This document shows, in pieces, positions 17,461 to 25,495 of a stretch of DNA of 32,000 nt. A program made the translations under genes and the position numbers. The notes under the pieces are model-generated. The model worked only from the letters and a program-made list of their open reading frames with translations, was not told the origin of the DNA and made no database searches. Position 1 is the first letter of the stretch; each line of letters opens with the position of its first letter. The stretch lies in the NCBI GenBank assembly GCA_963716045.1, contig CAVQSS010000014.1, forward strand, positions 29,972 to 61,971, in the 5' to 3' direction. The stretch is from an uncultured delta proteobacterium (GTDB taxonomy: Bacteria; Desulfobacterota; RBG-13-43-22).

Positions 17461-17916
17461 ATGAAAGTCCAATGGTCTTCCGTCTGGAAATTCGGCTGCT
17501 GGTTCTTTCTGGCCTTTACCATTGTCGTCCATACCCAGGAGCTGATCATCCGTTTCCTTCACCCGGTGGGCGGGGGGATCTTTCACGAAATTTTTGCCTA
17601 TTCCGGGGGAAGGGTCTATATGGCCAGGAAGGTTTTAAAAGAATACTTGATTGTCGATTCGGTCATCCTGGTGACCCTGATCATCTGCAATTATCCGCTC
17701 AACGGGGTGGTCCTGTCCCTGTTGGTTTCGGCGATTGGAACACTCAGTTGGTGGCTGGTCTGCACCTTTCCCTATCAGCGAAAGGGTTTTCAGGCCATGT
17801 GTTATTCCTATCTGGGCCTGGTTCCGTTAACCATCTTATCGATAGGCATGATTACCCTCTTTTTGAAAAAAAAGTGGACGCACAGAAATAACCAAAGTAA
17901 ATTCCCCAATAGTTAA
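17461..17916 (+). CDS. Hypothetical integral membrane protein (about 4 TM segments)
   Basis: AAAGGAG lies 6 nt before the ATG. Hydrophobic segments: FGCWFFLAFTIVV, VILVTLIICNYPL, VVLSLLVSAIGTLSWWLV, LGLVPLTILSIGMITLFL. The stop is 15 nt before the next gene. Confidence 0.55.
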   Translation: MKVQWSSVWKFGCWFFLAFTIVVHTQELIIRFLHPVGGGIFHEIFAYSGGRVYMARKVLKEYLIVDSVILVTLIICNYPLNGVVLSLLVSAIGTLSWWLVCTFPYQRKGFQAMCYSYLGLVPLTILSIGMITLFLKKKWTHRNNQSKFPNS

Positions 17917-17931
17917 AGATAGGAGGAGAAA

Positions 17932-18996
17932 ATGACCCGCACGAAAATAAGACCCCTTCGGTTTTTGGTCTTGGCGATCCTTTTGATCCTGATCATATCC
18001 GGTCCATCCGGGGCCGAATCCGGGAAAGCTCTTCTCGAATTTCCACTGGAATTTCTTTTAAAGGATACTCCACCAATTCGTTGTGTCGCCTTTTCCCCGT
18101 ACGTCTCGGGATACAATCCCGATACCGGGCCTCATCCGCCCGCGGCCCTGATCGATACACTCCTGGATGGGATCCGCTTCCGGGCGGGCTTTAATTGTAT
18201 CCTGACCTATGGCTTCCTGAATGGCCTGGATTATGTCATCGATGCGGCCCACGCCCGAGGGATGAAGGTGATTGCCGGCATCTGGCTCGATACCGACCCC
18301 GCCGTGAACGCTGCTTCCATAACGGCAGGGATCGCCAAGGCCAGCCAATACCCGGAGACCATCCTCCGCCTGAGCTGCGGCGTGGAACTGAGGAACCGGC
18401 GGGGGGCGACCGTATCCGAACCGATTATCCAGGATTGTCTGGCCCGGCTCCGGAATGCGGGGGTCACCCAGCCCCTGACCAGCATCGACACCTGGTGGCA
18501 GTGGTGCAACGAGGCCTGGCCCTGCCAGCCCCGGGGCCTGGCGGCCCAGATGGACTGGATCGGCATCAATGTCTATCCCTGGTGGGAGAACAAATACTCG
18601 GGGATTTTTCCCTGCACCACGGCCGCCGAGGCGGCCGCGTTCCATCTGGCCCGGGTGGGAACGGTCCAGTCGGTGTATCCTTCAAAGACCATCTGGTTGA
18701 CCGAGTTCGGCTGGCCGGCCGGGCCGGAGGGGTATTCGGAAACGAATGCCAATACCCAGCAGACCTGCGGGGTGGCCGGGGAAGCCAACCAGCGGCTGGT
18801 GATCGAACAATCCCTGCAACAACTGGAGCAGGCCGGCATCCAGTCCGTGGTATTTGAAGCGTTTCGGGAACCCTGGAAGGTCGAAGGACAGGTGGGACCC
18901 TACTGGGGTTTTTGCGAGGGAGTCCCCCCGTACCGCTGCCGTCAAGCCTACGGGTTTACCCACCGGGTTCACCTTCCCGTCCTGTTGAGAAAATGA
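17932..18996 (+). CDS. Secreted glycoside hydrolase family 17-like beta-1,3-glucanase/transglycosylase
   Basis: It has a signal peptide. INVYPWWEN corresponds to the GH17 NxYPYF block, and IWLTEFGWPAGPEG corresponds to the nucleophile block (ETGWPS). It is preceded by AGGAGGAGAAA ATG. Confidence 0.65.
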   Translation: MTRTKIRPLRFLVLAILLILIISGPSGAESGKALLEFPLEFLLKDTPPIRCVAFSPYVSGYNPDTGPHPPAALIDTLLDGIRFRAGFNCILTYGFLNGLDYVIDAAHARGMKVIAGIWLDTDPAVNAASITAGIAKASQYPETILRLSCGVELRNRRGATVSEPIIQDCLARLRNAGVTQPLTSIDTWWQWCNEAWPCQPRGLAAQMDWIGINVYPWWENKYSGIFPCTTAAEAAAFHLARVGTVQSVYPSKTIWLTEFGWPAGPEGYSETNANTQQTCGVAGEANQRLVIEQSLQQLEQAGIQSVVFEAFREPWKVEGQVGPYWGFCEGVPPYRCRQAYGFTHRVHLPVLLRK

Positions 18997-19142
18997 AATG
19001 GCCCCCAGGGGACGAGAGTAAAGCAACCCCAGCTTACAAGGCTATTCCAGCTAAAGCACTGGAAAACCCTCGGCCGCAGCGGCATTATTCAGTTTTTCAT
19101 CTTCTATTTTTTCAGTAGCCGGGTGAAGCCTAAAAGAACATA

Positions 19143-19170
19143 TTGACTTTTTAATTGGAATAACTATTAT
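19143..19170 (+). promoter_or_regulatory. Candidate sigma70-type promoter of the vapBC-like operon
   Basis: TTGACT (19143-48), a 16-nt spacer, then TATTAT (19165-70), about 30 nt upstream of the ATG at 19203, in an AT-rich stretch. Confidence 0.4.
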
Positions 19171-19202
19171 GGGAAGCATAACTTCATGCTAAGGTTAAAA
19201 AT

Positions 19203-19460
19203 ATGGAATTTATTCTAAAAGTATCACCAAAAGGACAAGTTGTACTTCCAAAAAAGCTCAGGGAAAGCCTGCAGGTCAAGGAACTGGTGGCCATCGAGAT
19301 CAAGGAACATACCGGTGTCGTAAAAAAGCCGATTCTTTCATCGGATAAGCTGGCCGGTTGTTTCAAAACCTATGCTTCCAGGAAAAATATCTCTTCCGAG
19401 GAGGCTATTGAAAAAGCCACGACGCTGGTTGCCCATGAAACGGCCAGGAAAAATCGTTGA
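19203..19460 (+). CDS. vapB: AbrB/SpoVT-family antitoxin (VapB-like)
   Basis: 85 aa. The N-terminal KVSPKGQVVLPKKLRESL is the swapped-hairpin AbrB/MazE motif. It overlaps the downstream PIN gene. Confidence 0.8.
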   Translation: MEFILKVSPKGQVVLPKKLRESLQVKELVAIEIKEHTGVVKKPILSSDKLAGCFKTYASRKNISSEEAIEKATTLVAHETARKNR

Positions 19461-19860
19461 TGCCAATGTCATCCTGCGGTTTTTCCTTCAGGATGACGAC
19501 GATCAGTTAATAAAGGCCAAGTCCTTCATCCAAAAGCTCGAACTGGGAAAGGCTGAAGCCCTTTTAACGGATATTGTTTTTGCCGAGGTGGTCTGGGTGA
19601 TGGGCAAGGTTTATGAAATCCCCCGTTCGGAGGTCTCCGAAAAGTTATCGAAACTCATCGATTATCGGGGGATGAAAACGGTCTTCCCCAAGGAGTTATA
19701 CACCGAAGCCCTGAAATTATATGCGAAACATTCAACCGATATCCAAGACATCCTGCTGGCCCTGCTCGCCCGACAAACCAACGCAACGATTGTCACTTTT
19801 GATAAAACCGACTTTAAAAAATTGCCTTGTGCCTATGAGGAGCCGGGAACTGCCGGATAA
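19435..19860 (+). CDS. vapC: PIN-domain ribonuclease toxin (VapC-like)
   Basis: The start is chosen at the ATG at 19435 (MKRPGKIVDANVILRFF...), which puts the first acidic PIN residue at the usual position (~9). Later acidic positions are present (FAEVVWV, DIQDILLA, VTFDKTDF). The track start at 19372 would overlap most of vapB. Confidence 0.8.
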   Translation: MKRPGKIVDANVILRFFLQDDDDQLIKAKSFIQKLELGKAEALLTDIVFAEVVWVMGKVYEIPRSEVSEKLSKLIDYRGMKTVFPKELYTEALKLYAKHSTDIQDILLALLARQTNATIVTFDKTDFKKLPCAYEEPGTAG

Positions 19861-19971
19861 ATCCCCGGAGAGTTGCGGGGAGATCAGTCTGGTTTGCCTG
19901 CGATTTTTTTCTCTCAGGCCTCCTGTTCGGCAAACAGTTCCTCGCACATCGTTACCGGATAGACGGGAAAA

Positions 19972-20250
19972 TCACTTCGCTTCTGGATCTCGCTGCCACC
20001 GTAAATAACCCCTCCGGTAATCTGCCGTTTGGATCCCACCGCCTTGGCAAAATGATGCAGCCCCTTGGTCTAAACCTGCTTCCCCGCTCACACCCCAGCG
20101 GAGGTCGATGGCCTGAAAGCGGCATCCGCTCGCCTCACAGAGCTTCTGCAGCTCGGGAAAGACTTTCTCCTGGAGGGCGTTTCGCTCTACCTTTAGATCG
20201 CTGAATGTGGAACTGACAAAGACACGAAAGGTTAAATTGGTTTGGGCCAT
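19972..20250 (-). pseudogene. Truncated DUF4062-like N-terminal fragment (domain usually found at the N-terminus of STAND/NLR-like proteins)
   Basis: FRVFVSSTFSDLKVERNALQEKVFPELQKLCEASGCRFQAIDLRWGVSGEAGLDQ matches the DUF4062 signature (VF.SSTF.D...ER..L......IDLRWG). After about 62 aa the sequence degenerates and terminates at 92 aa. Confidence 0.55.
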
Positions 20251-20504
20251 ACTGATTGATATAAGGGTACTGTATTAAAGCTCTATGGTATCGCCGGGCG
20301 GGGCCCCCCACGAAGCATGAAAACGCAACTGTCAGATTAAGCTTGACCTTGTTCCGACCCGATCATCGTGAGGGCCGTTTAGTGTATGGAATGATGCCCC
20401 TCTTTACCCATCACCGGAAATATCCGCCAACCTCTTCTTTATTTCCTGGATGGCCACTAAAACGGAATTGTCAGGGTTGATATTTTGGCGGGCTAAAAGG
20501 GTAT

Positions 20505-20963
20505 CTAACTCCTCTGGCCGTGGTCTTCGGCGCAAAGGTATAAAGGAGAGTGGCTCTCCTGGCTTTTTCGGACCAACAAATCAAGATGATCCCATCCGAG
20601 ATATTCATCAAAGGCGGCCTTTCCCCACTGTAAGCACTGGAGTTCGCCGGCCATACCTGCAGGAAGACTCCCTTTACAGATAGGTAGTACCGGGATGTTA
20701 TGGGCCGTTGCGAAACCAATTTCTTGTTGAACCCATCCCTTTTTGATGGATTCCGGAGTAAAAAGCGGGAGGAAAACATGGGCATGGGCAATCGACTCTT
20801 CTATTTGATCCCGGAATCTGGTGCCCGGGATGAAGCCCTTGTCCATGATCGGTTGCAGACGATCGTCCTGATCCAAATAATTGAAGATTTCTTTGGCCAG
20901 CGTTTCATCTTTTTCATTATGGGAGTAACAGATAAAGATGCGATAAGGGTTATTGGCCTTCAT
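20505..20963 (-). CDS. Stand-alone TIR-domain protein
   Basis: MKANNPYRIFICYSHNEKDETLAKEIFNYL..., then VFLPLFTPESIKKGWVQQEIGFA with the conserved Glu of the W..(E) helix. The start at 20963 is preferred to 21026 because it fits the domain boundary, but no strong SD supports either. Confidence 0.75.
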   Translation of the reverse strand: MKANNPYRIFICYSHNEKDETLAKEIFNYLDQDDRLQPIMDKGFIPGTRFRDQIEESIAHAHVFLPLFTPESIKKGWVQQEIGFATAHNIPVLPICKGSLPAGMAGELQCLQWGKAAFDEYLGWDHLDLLVRKSQESHSPLYLCAEDHGQRS

Positions 20964-21110
20964 TGTTTCGCCTGCGGATTGGTCGGGGATAAGTGAATGC
21001 GGGAATCGGTAATGGTGATTCCCCATGCTTTACCAGGGCCGTGGTCCGGATAGATCCAGAACTTGCCCACCCGGGTCAAAGTGGAGGTCGTTGTGGGGGA
21101 GAGGGTAATT

Positions 21111-21593
21111 TCATTCATAAGGATAAAGCCTTTCCAATTCGTCAATGGTAACGGGCTGATTGCCATGATAAACCTGGAGAAAGCAAACCTGGCCATTTGG
21201 CTGGGTAAGAATAGCCTGCCCGTCGGATTTCAGAAGACAGGCCTCGCATTTCGACTCTCCATGCCAGAAGACCCTTCGGGAGTACAACCCCTTAAAAATA
21301 GTCAGATATCCACCTTTTTCACTTGAATGAAATAAAGTCCGCGAAACATTTAGTTTTCCTGCAATGGCTGTGCGGAGTACCGGAAATCTGTGGAGGGCAT
21401 CCTCAAGAGTATAGGAATTGATAGCCCGTCCCTCCCGGTCCCAGAGTCGCAGCAGCGTAGCGTCATCTGACCAGGAGAGGAACCGGTCGTCTTTGGTTTC
21501 CAGGGCACATAGGACCGAGTCCGTATGTCCTTCAAGGACGGCCGGGGGCGTCCCTCCCGGTCCCACAGCCGCAGCGTATGGTCTCCTGACCAA
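21111..21593 (-). CDS. Last WD40-like unit plus a unique ~105-aa C-terminal tail of the NLR-like gene (separate ORF only because of indels)
   Basis: It reads sensibly from AVLEGHTDSVLCALETKDDRFLSWSDDATLLRLWDREGRAINSY... to the stop at 21111. The first ~17 codons of the track ORF are out-of-frame repeat sequence. Confidence 0.6.
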   Translation of the reverse strand: MVRRPYAAAVGPGGTPPAVLEGHTDSVLCALETKDDRFLSWSDDATLLRLWDREGRAINSYTLEDALHRFPVLRTAIAGKLNVSRTLFHSSEKGGYLTIFKGLYSRRVFWHGESKCEACLLKSDGQAILTQPNGQVCFLQVYHGNQPVTIDELERLYPYE

Positions 21594-23225
21594 GAGAGGA
21601 AACGGCCGTCTTTGGTTTCCAGGACACCTCGGACCGAGTGCTTATGTCCTTCAAGGACGGCCTGGGGGCGTCCCTCCCGGTCCCACAGCCGCAGCGAGTC
21701 TCCTGACCAAGAGAGGAAACGGCCGTCCTTGGTTTCCAGGGCACCTTGGACAAATAGTCCTTATGTCCTTCAAGGACGGCCTGGGGGCGTCCCTCTCGGT
21801 CCCACAGGCGCAGCGTAGGGTCTCCCCAAGAGAGGAAACGGCCGTCTTTGGTTTCCAGGGCACCTCGGACCAAGTACGTATGTCCTTCAAGGACGGCCTG
21901 GGGGCGTCCCTCCCGGTCCCACAGGCGAAGCGTATAGTCATTTGACCAGGATGACCAGGAGAGGAAACGGCCGTCTTTGGTTTCCAGGGCACCTCGGACC
22001 AAGTCCGTATGTCCTTCAAGGACGGCCTGGGGGCGTCCCTCCCGGTCCCACAGGCGAAGCGTACGGTCTCCTGACCAAGAGAGCAAACGGCCGTCTTTGA
22101 TTTCCAGGGCACCTTGGACCGAGTCCGTATGTCCTTCAAGGACGGCCTGGGGGCGTCCCTCCCGGTCCCACAGGCGAAGCGTACGGTCTCCTGACCAAGA
22201 GAGCAAACGGTCGTCTTTGGTTTCCAGGGCACCTTGGACCAAGTTCGTATGTCCTTCAAGGACGGCCTGGGGGCGTCCCTCCCGGTCCCACAGACGCAGC
22301 GTACGGTCTCCTGACCAAGAGAGGAAACAGCCGTCTTTGGCTTCCAGGGCACCTTGGACCAAGTTCGTATGTCCTTCAAGGACGGCCTGGGGGCGTCCCT
22401 CCCGGTCCCACAGGCGCAGCGTATGGTCTCCTGACCAAGAGAGGAAACGGCCGTCTTTGGTTTCCAGGGCACCTCGGACCAAGTTCGTATGTCCTTCAAG
22501 GACGGCCTGGGGGCGTCCCTCCCGGTCCCACAGGCGCAGCGTAGGTCTCCTGACCAAGAGAGGAAACGGCCGTCTTTGGTTTCCAGGGCACCTTGGACCA
22601 AGTTCGTATGTCCTTCAAGGACGGCCTGGGGGCGTCCCTCCCGGTTCCACAGGCGCAGCGTATGTCATTTGACCAGGAGAGGAAACGGCCGTCTTTGGTT
22701 TCCAGGGCACCTTGGACCAAGTTCGTATGTCCCTCAAGTACGGCCTGGGGGCGTCCCTCCCGGTCCCACAGGCGCAGCGAGTCTCCTGACCAAGATAGGA
22801 AACGGCCGTCTTTGGTTTCCAGGGCGCCAATGACCGATTTCTTATGTCCTTCAAGGACGGCCTGGGGGCGTCCCTCCCGGTCCCAGAACCGCAGCGTATG
22901 GTCTCCTGACCAAGAGAGGAAACGGCCGTCTTTGGTTTCCAGGGCGCCAATGGACCGACTTCTTATGTCCCTCAAGGACGGCCTGGGGGCGTCCCTCCCG
23001 GTCCCAGAGCCGCAGCGTAGCGTCATTTGACCAGGAGAGAAACGGCCGTCCCTGGTTTCCAGGACGCCATGGACCCGATCCGTATGTCCATTAAGTACGA
23101 CCTGGGGGCGTCCCTCCCGGTCCCACAGGCGCAGCGTATGGTCTCCTGACCAAGAGAGGAAACGGCCGTCTTTGGTTTCCAGGGCACCTTGGACCAAGTT
23201 CGTATGTCCTTCAAGGACGGCCAGA
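21424..23225 (-). repeat. Tandem array of 15 WD40-like coding units (consensus 120 bp / 40 aa: LEGHTNLVQGALETKDGRFLSWSGDHTLRLWDREGRPQAV)
   Basis: The anchor aacggccgtc recurs at 21601, 21718, 21837, 21966, 22086, 22206, 22326 (variant), 22446, 22565, 22684, 22801, 22921, 23041 and 23161, plus a divergent copy near 21481. Spacings are mostly 120 nt (also 117, 119 and 129). Confidence 0.9.
21532..22557 (-). CDS. WD40-repeat segment of the NLR-like gene (internal ORF created by frameshifts)
   Basis: It translates as 6-7 consecutive canonical units (TLRLWDREGRPQAVLEGHTNLVRGALETKDGRFLSWSGD...) before leaving frame near 21750. Confidence 0.6.
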   Translation of the reverse strand: MVRRPTLRLWDREGRPQAVLEGHTNLVRGALETKDGRFLSWSGDHTLRLWDREGRPQAVLEGHTNLVQGALEAKDGCFLSWSGDRTLRLWDREGRPQAVLEGHTNLVQGALETKDDRLLSWSGDRTLRLWDREGRPQAVLEGHTDSVQGALEIKDGRLLSWSGDRTLRLWDREGRPQAVLEGHTDLVRGALETKDGRFLSWSSWSNDYTLRLWDREGRPQAVLEGHTYLVRGALETKDGRFLSWGDPTLRLWDREGRPQAVLEGHKDYLSKVPWKPRTAVSSLGQETRCGCGTGRDAPRPSLKDISTRSEVSWKPKTAVSSLGQETIRCGCGTGRDAPGRP

Positions 23226-25369
23226 CAGGGATTTTTTCCGGCATGCGGCACTCGTTGAACTCGGCGCAGCCATGACCAGTCACATCTCCCTTCCTCGAGC
23301 CACTTTTCGGCGCCCATGGTCAGTGGGCTGTCATCGGCGTGTTCGATGGCGAGTTGAATCAGGATCATATAGGCCGGCCATTCGGGGTTGCCCCGGCTGA
23401 CGATATGGGCCTTTTCCCGAAAAAATGCAGCCTCCAGATCCAGGGTTCTATCTACATCGAACAAAGAGATCGGAAGTTCCCGTAAATCTTTTAAAAGCCT
23501 TTCGAGCATACCTCGGCGGGTCTTTTCCATCAGGTAACGAAAATCTTTCAGGAGAAGGGCCAGCCTTGGGTAATCTTCGATCACCCGCAGGTGGGACGGC
23601 AGCCACTCAATAAAATAGTCCTCCATGGTTTCCGGCCCGGCTTCGTATTGCGACCAGCCATCATCAACGAGCAGCTTATGGCCGTGGGCCGTGTCGATGT
23701 AGTAGGGATAAGCGCTCTGGTTGACCGTGATCCAATCACGGATGGTCCCGTGGAAGGGCCGGATGGTATCATTGTCACTCTCCCCGCTGGCGGGAAACAG
23801 GGAGCCGAGGCGGTTGAGCCGGCGGAACAGGTCGGTTTTGCTTTCAAGCCCCCGGGACCTTTGGAGATAGCCCAGGGTCAGGGGCTCGAAGGAGGCCAGG
23901 ATAAGGTAGAGTAAGGGGGTGATTTCCTCCTCATAGTAGGTAAGGTCAGCGGCAAACTGGCGATCAAAAAAATGTTTGTATACGTCGCCCAGGCCCCGGG
24001 GGAATTCATCCGGATGGATCAAGCGGAGGCGACCGTTCCGGACCTCCTCGTAAACATAACGAATATACAGAAAGATACCTTCACTGCGGTCGATGAGGAT
24101 TTGAGTCAGCTCCGAGGTAATATCCGGGAACTGGGACCGAAGGAATTTACGGATATCTTCCAGGTTTTCCGCCCGGGAGGCGTCCAGGACATAAGGAGAA
24201 AGGGCCTGGAAGGAGGAGCGTATTTCCGGCTCCGGCCGGGAGGTGACCAGAAAACGCAGCCAGTGAGGCGTCTTGGGGGCGCAGAAGGTCAGGAACCGAA
24301 CGATTTCGTTCTGCCGCCGGTAGGTGGCCTCATCCAGGGCATCGATCAATATGACAATAGGGCGGTCCGGCTCCGGAAAATTGGGCGCCAGAGGTTGGAC
24401 AATTAATTTGTCAAAAAGGGTATACGCCTCGTGGAATTCCTGGACGATGGTTTCAAGGGGAAGCCTGGCCAGGCAGTCTAAGTAGTCGGGAAGCTGGGTG
24501 GAAAGCTGGTAGGCGATTGAAAGGACCAGCCGGGAAGGATCCCGCTTCTCCTCGCTGTTAACGTCGCAGAAATGAAAAGCGGCGATCTCCCTTCGGTGGT
24601 CGCGGATCCAGGCGGCCATGGCGCTCTTGCCGACCCCCGGGGCCCCGGTGATCCAGAAGATCCTTTTTCCGGAGGGGTCCTTCAACCAGGCATCGACTTC
24701 CTCGAACACCCACCGGCGGCCGGTGAAGTCCCGCAGAAGTCTGATGATGTCGGCGGAAAACTGGATGGGGCTGAGCACGCTCAGGAGGCGGCTTTGGGTG
24801 CCTTCAAAGTCCAGTTGTTTATCCTCGATGGCCCGGAGCAGGCGTTCGAAGAGGGGCTTATAGAAGGCCTCATTCTCGTTGATGGGGAGGCACTCCCGCA
24901 TATCCAGCCACTGGATGCGACAGATGGAAAGCGGGGGTTCGCTCTCGACAACCATCAGCGGGATGATGGAAAGCCCACGGGATAGGGCCCGGGCCACTTC
25001 GTTGAGGCAGTAACCATCCGGGCGGCGGACGGCGTGGGGGGTGAGGAGAAGCAGGACGGCGCTATTCGGAGGATCCTGGGTCAGGTCATCCAGGCCCTGC
25101 TCGATGAAGGCCTCCCAGTCATGGCCGGGCTGGAGCCGTTCCTCATCGAACCAGACCGTATGGCCCCTATCCTTCAGGTCGTCTTTGAGTCGAACGGCCA
25201 GCAAACTGTGCTCGTCGTGACCGTAGCTGATGAATAGGCGTCTGGGGATGAAAGGCTTTCCTATGAAAAACTCATGACGGCAGTCCGCACACAGATAAAG
25301 TTCCCGCTTCCTGCTGAAAACGACACTATCCGAATTGCAATGGGGACAGAAAGGTTTGTTGACGGCCAA
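22496..25369 (-). CDS. Zn-ribbon - TIR - NACHT/STAND NTPase - WD40 NLR-like protein (5' portion in one continuous frame)
   Basis: TTG start at 25369, 4 nt after GGAGGAGGGG. Motifs in order: CPHCNSDS...CADCRHEF zinc ribbon; TIR (RRLFISYGHDEHS...YCLNEVARAL); P-loop FWITGAPGVGKSAMAAW; Walker B VILIDALDEA; then WD40-like units from LAVLEGHTNLV. The true gene evidently continues to 21111. Confidence 0.85.
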   Translation of the reverse strand: MAVNKPFCPHCNSDSVVFSRKRELYLCADCRHEFFIGKPFIPRRLFISYGHDEHSLLAVRLKDDLKDRGHTVWFDEERLQPGHDWEAFIEQGLDDLTQDPPNSAVLLLLTPHAVRRPDGYCLNEVARALSRGLSIIPLMVVESEPPLSICRIQWLDMRECLPINENEAFYKPLFERLLRAIEDKQLDFEGTQSRLLSVLSPIQFSADIIRLLRDFTGRRWVFEEVDAWLKDPSGKRIFWITGAPGVGKSAMAAWIRDHRREIAAFHFCDVNSEEKRDPSRLVLSIAYQLSTQLPDYLDCLARLPLETIVQEFHEAYTLFDKLIVQPLAPNFPEPDRPIVILIDALDEATYRRQNEIVRFLTFCAPKTPHWLRFLVTSRPEPEIRSSFQALSPYVLDASRAENLEDIRKFLRSQFPDITSELTQILIDRSEGIFLYIRYVYEEVRNGRLRLIHPDEFPRGLGDVYKHFFDRQFAADLTYYEEEITPLLYLILASFEPLTLGYLQRSRGLESKTDLFRRLNRLGSLFPASGESDNDTIRPFHGTIRDWITVNQSAYPYYIDTAHGHKLLVDDGWSQYEAGPETMEDYFIEWLPSHLRVIEDYPRLALLLKDFRYLMEKTRRGMLERLLKDLRELPISLFDVDRTLDLEAAFFREKAHIVSRGNPEWPAYMILIQLAIEHADDSPLTMGAEKWLEEGRCDWSWLRRVQRVPHAGKNPCLAVLEGHTNLVQGALETKDGRFLSWSGDHTLRLWDREGRPQVVLNGHTDRVHGVLETRDGRFSPGQMTLRCGSGTGRDAPRPSLRDIRSRSIGALETKDGRFLSWSGDHTLRFWDREGRPQAVLEGHKKSVIGALETKDGRFLSWSGDSLRLWDREGRPQAVLEGHTNLVQGALETKDGRFLSWSNDIRCACGTGRDAPRPSLKDIRTWSKVPWKPKTAVSSLGQETYAAPVGPGGTPPGRP

Positions 25370-25396
25370 ATTTCCCCTCCTCCGGTAATTTCATTT

Positions 25397-25425
25397 TTAC
25401 TACCAGGATTGCCGTTTCTTTTCAA
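25397..25425 (-). promoter_or_regulatory. Possible own promoter of the NLR-like gene
   Basis: On the minus strand: TTGAAA (25425-25420), a 17-nt spacer, then TAGTAA (25402-25397), within the 126-nt gap upstream of the TTG start. The -10 is weak and this is pattern only. Confidence 0.25.
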
Positions 25426-25495
25426 GCGGATGTTTAGCCCGAACCATCCTATCGACATAAGTTGAAATGGAACCCCCACCATGAAGATGCGGTTT

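Noticed and set aside
20251-20504. Possible small gene or RNA in the 250-nt gap between the DUF4062 stump and the TIR gene
   Set aside because: Only short ORFs overlapping on the opposite strand (20450..20683, 20471..20791) occur here, with no SD or motifs. No convincing conserved-structure signal is visible by eye.
21418-23030. Long + strand ORFs with periodic SRAPRTKSVCPSRTAWGRPSRSHRRS-type sequence, and minus-strand ORFs 21651..22601 and 22615..22950
   Set aside because: These are antisense or off-frame readings of the 120-bp WD40 repeat. Stop-free frames propagate simply because the unit is repeated. Only the LEGH...LRLWD frame has a recognisable fold signature.
21424-23225. Regular 120-bp periodicity as a possible CRISPR array or satellite
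   Set aside because: The units are contiguous with no unique spacers, and they translate into canonical WD40-like repeats continuous with an upstream NACHT domain.
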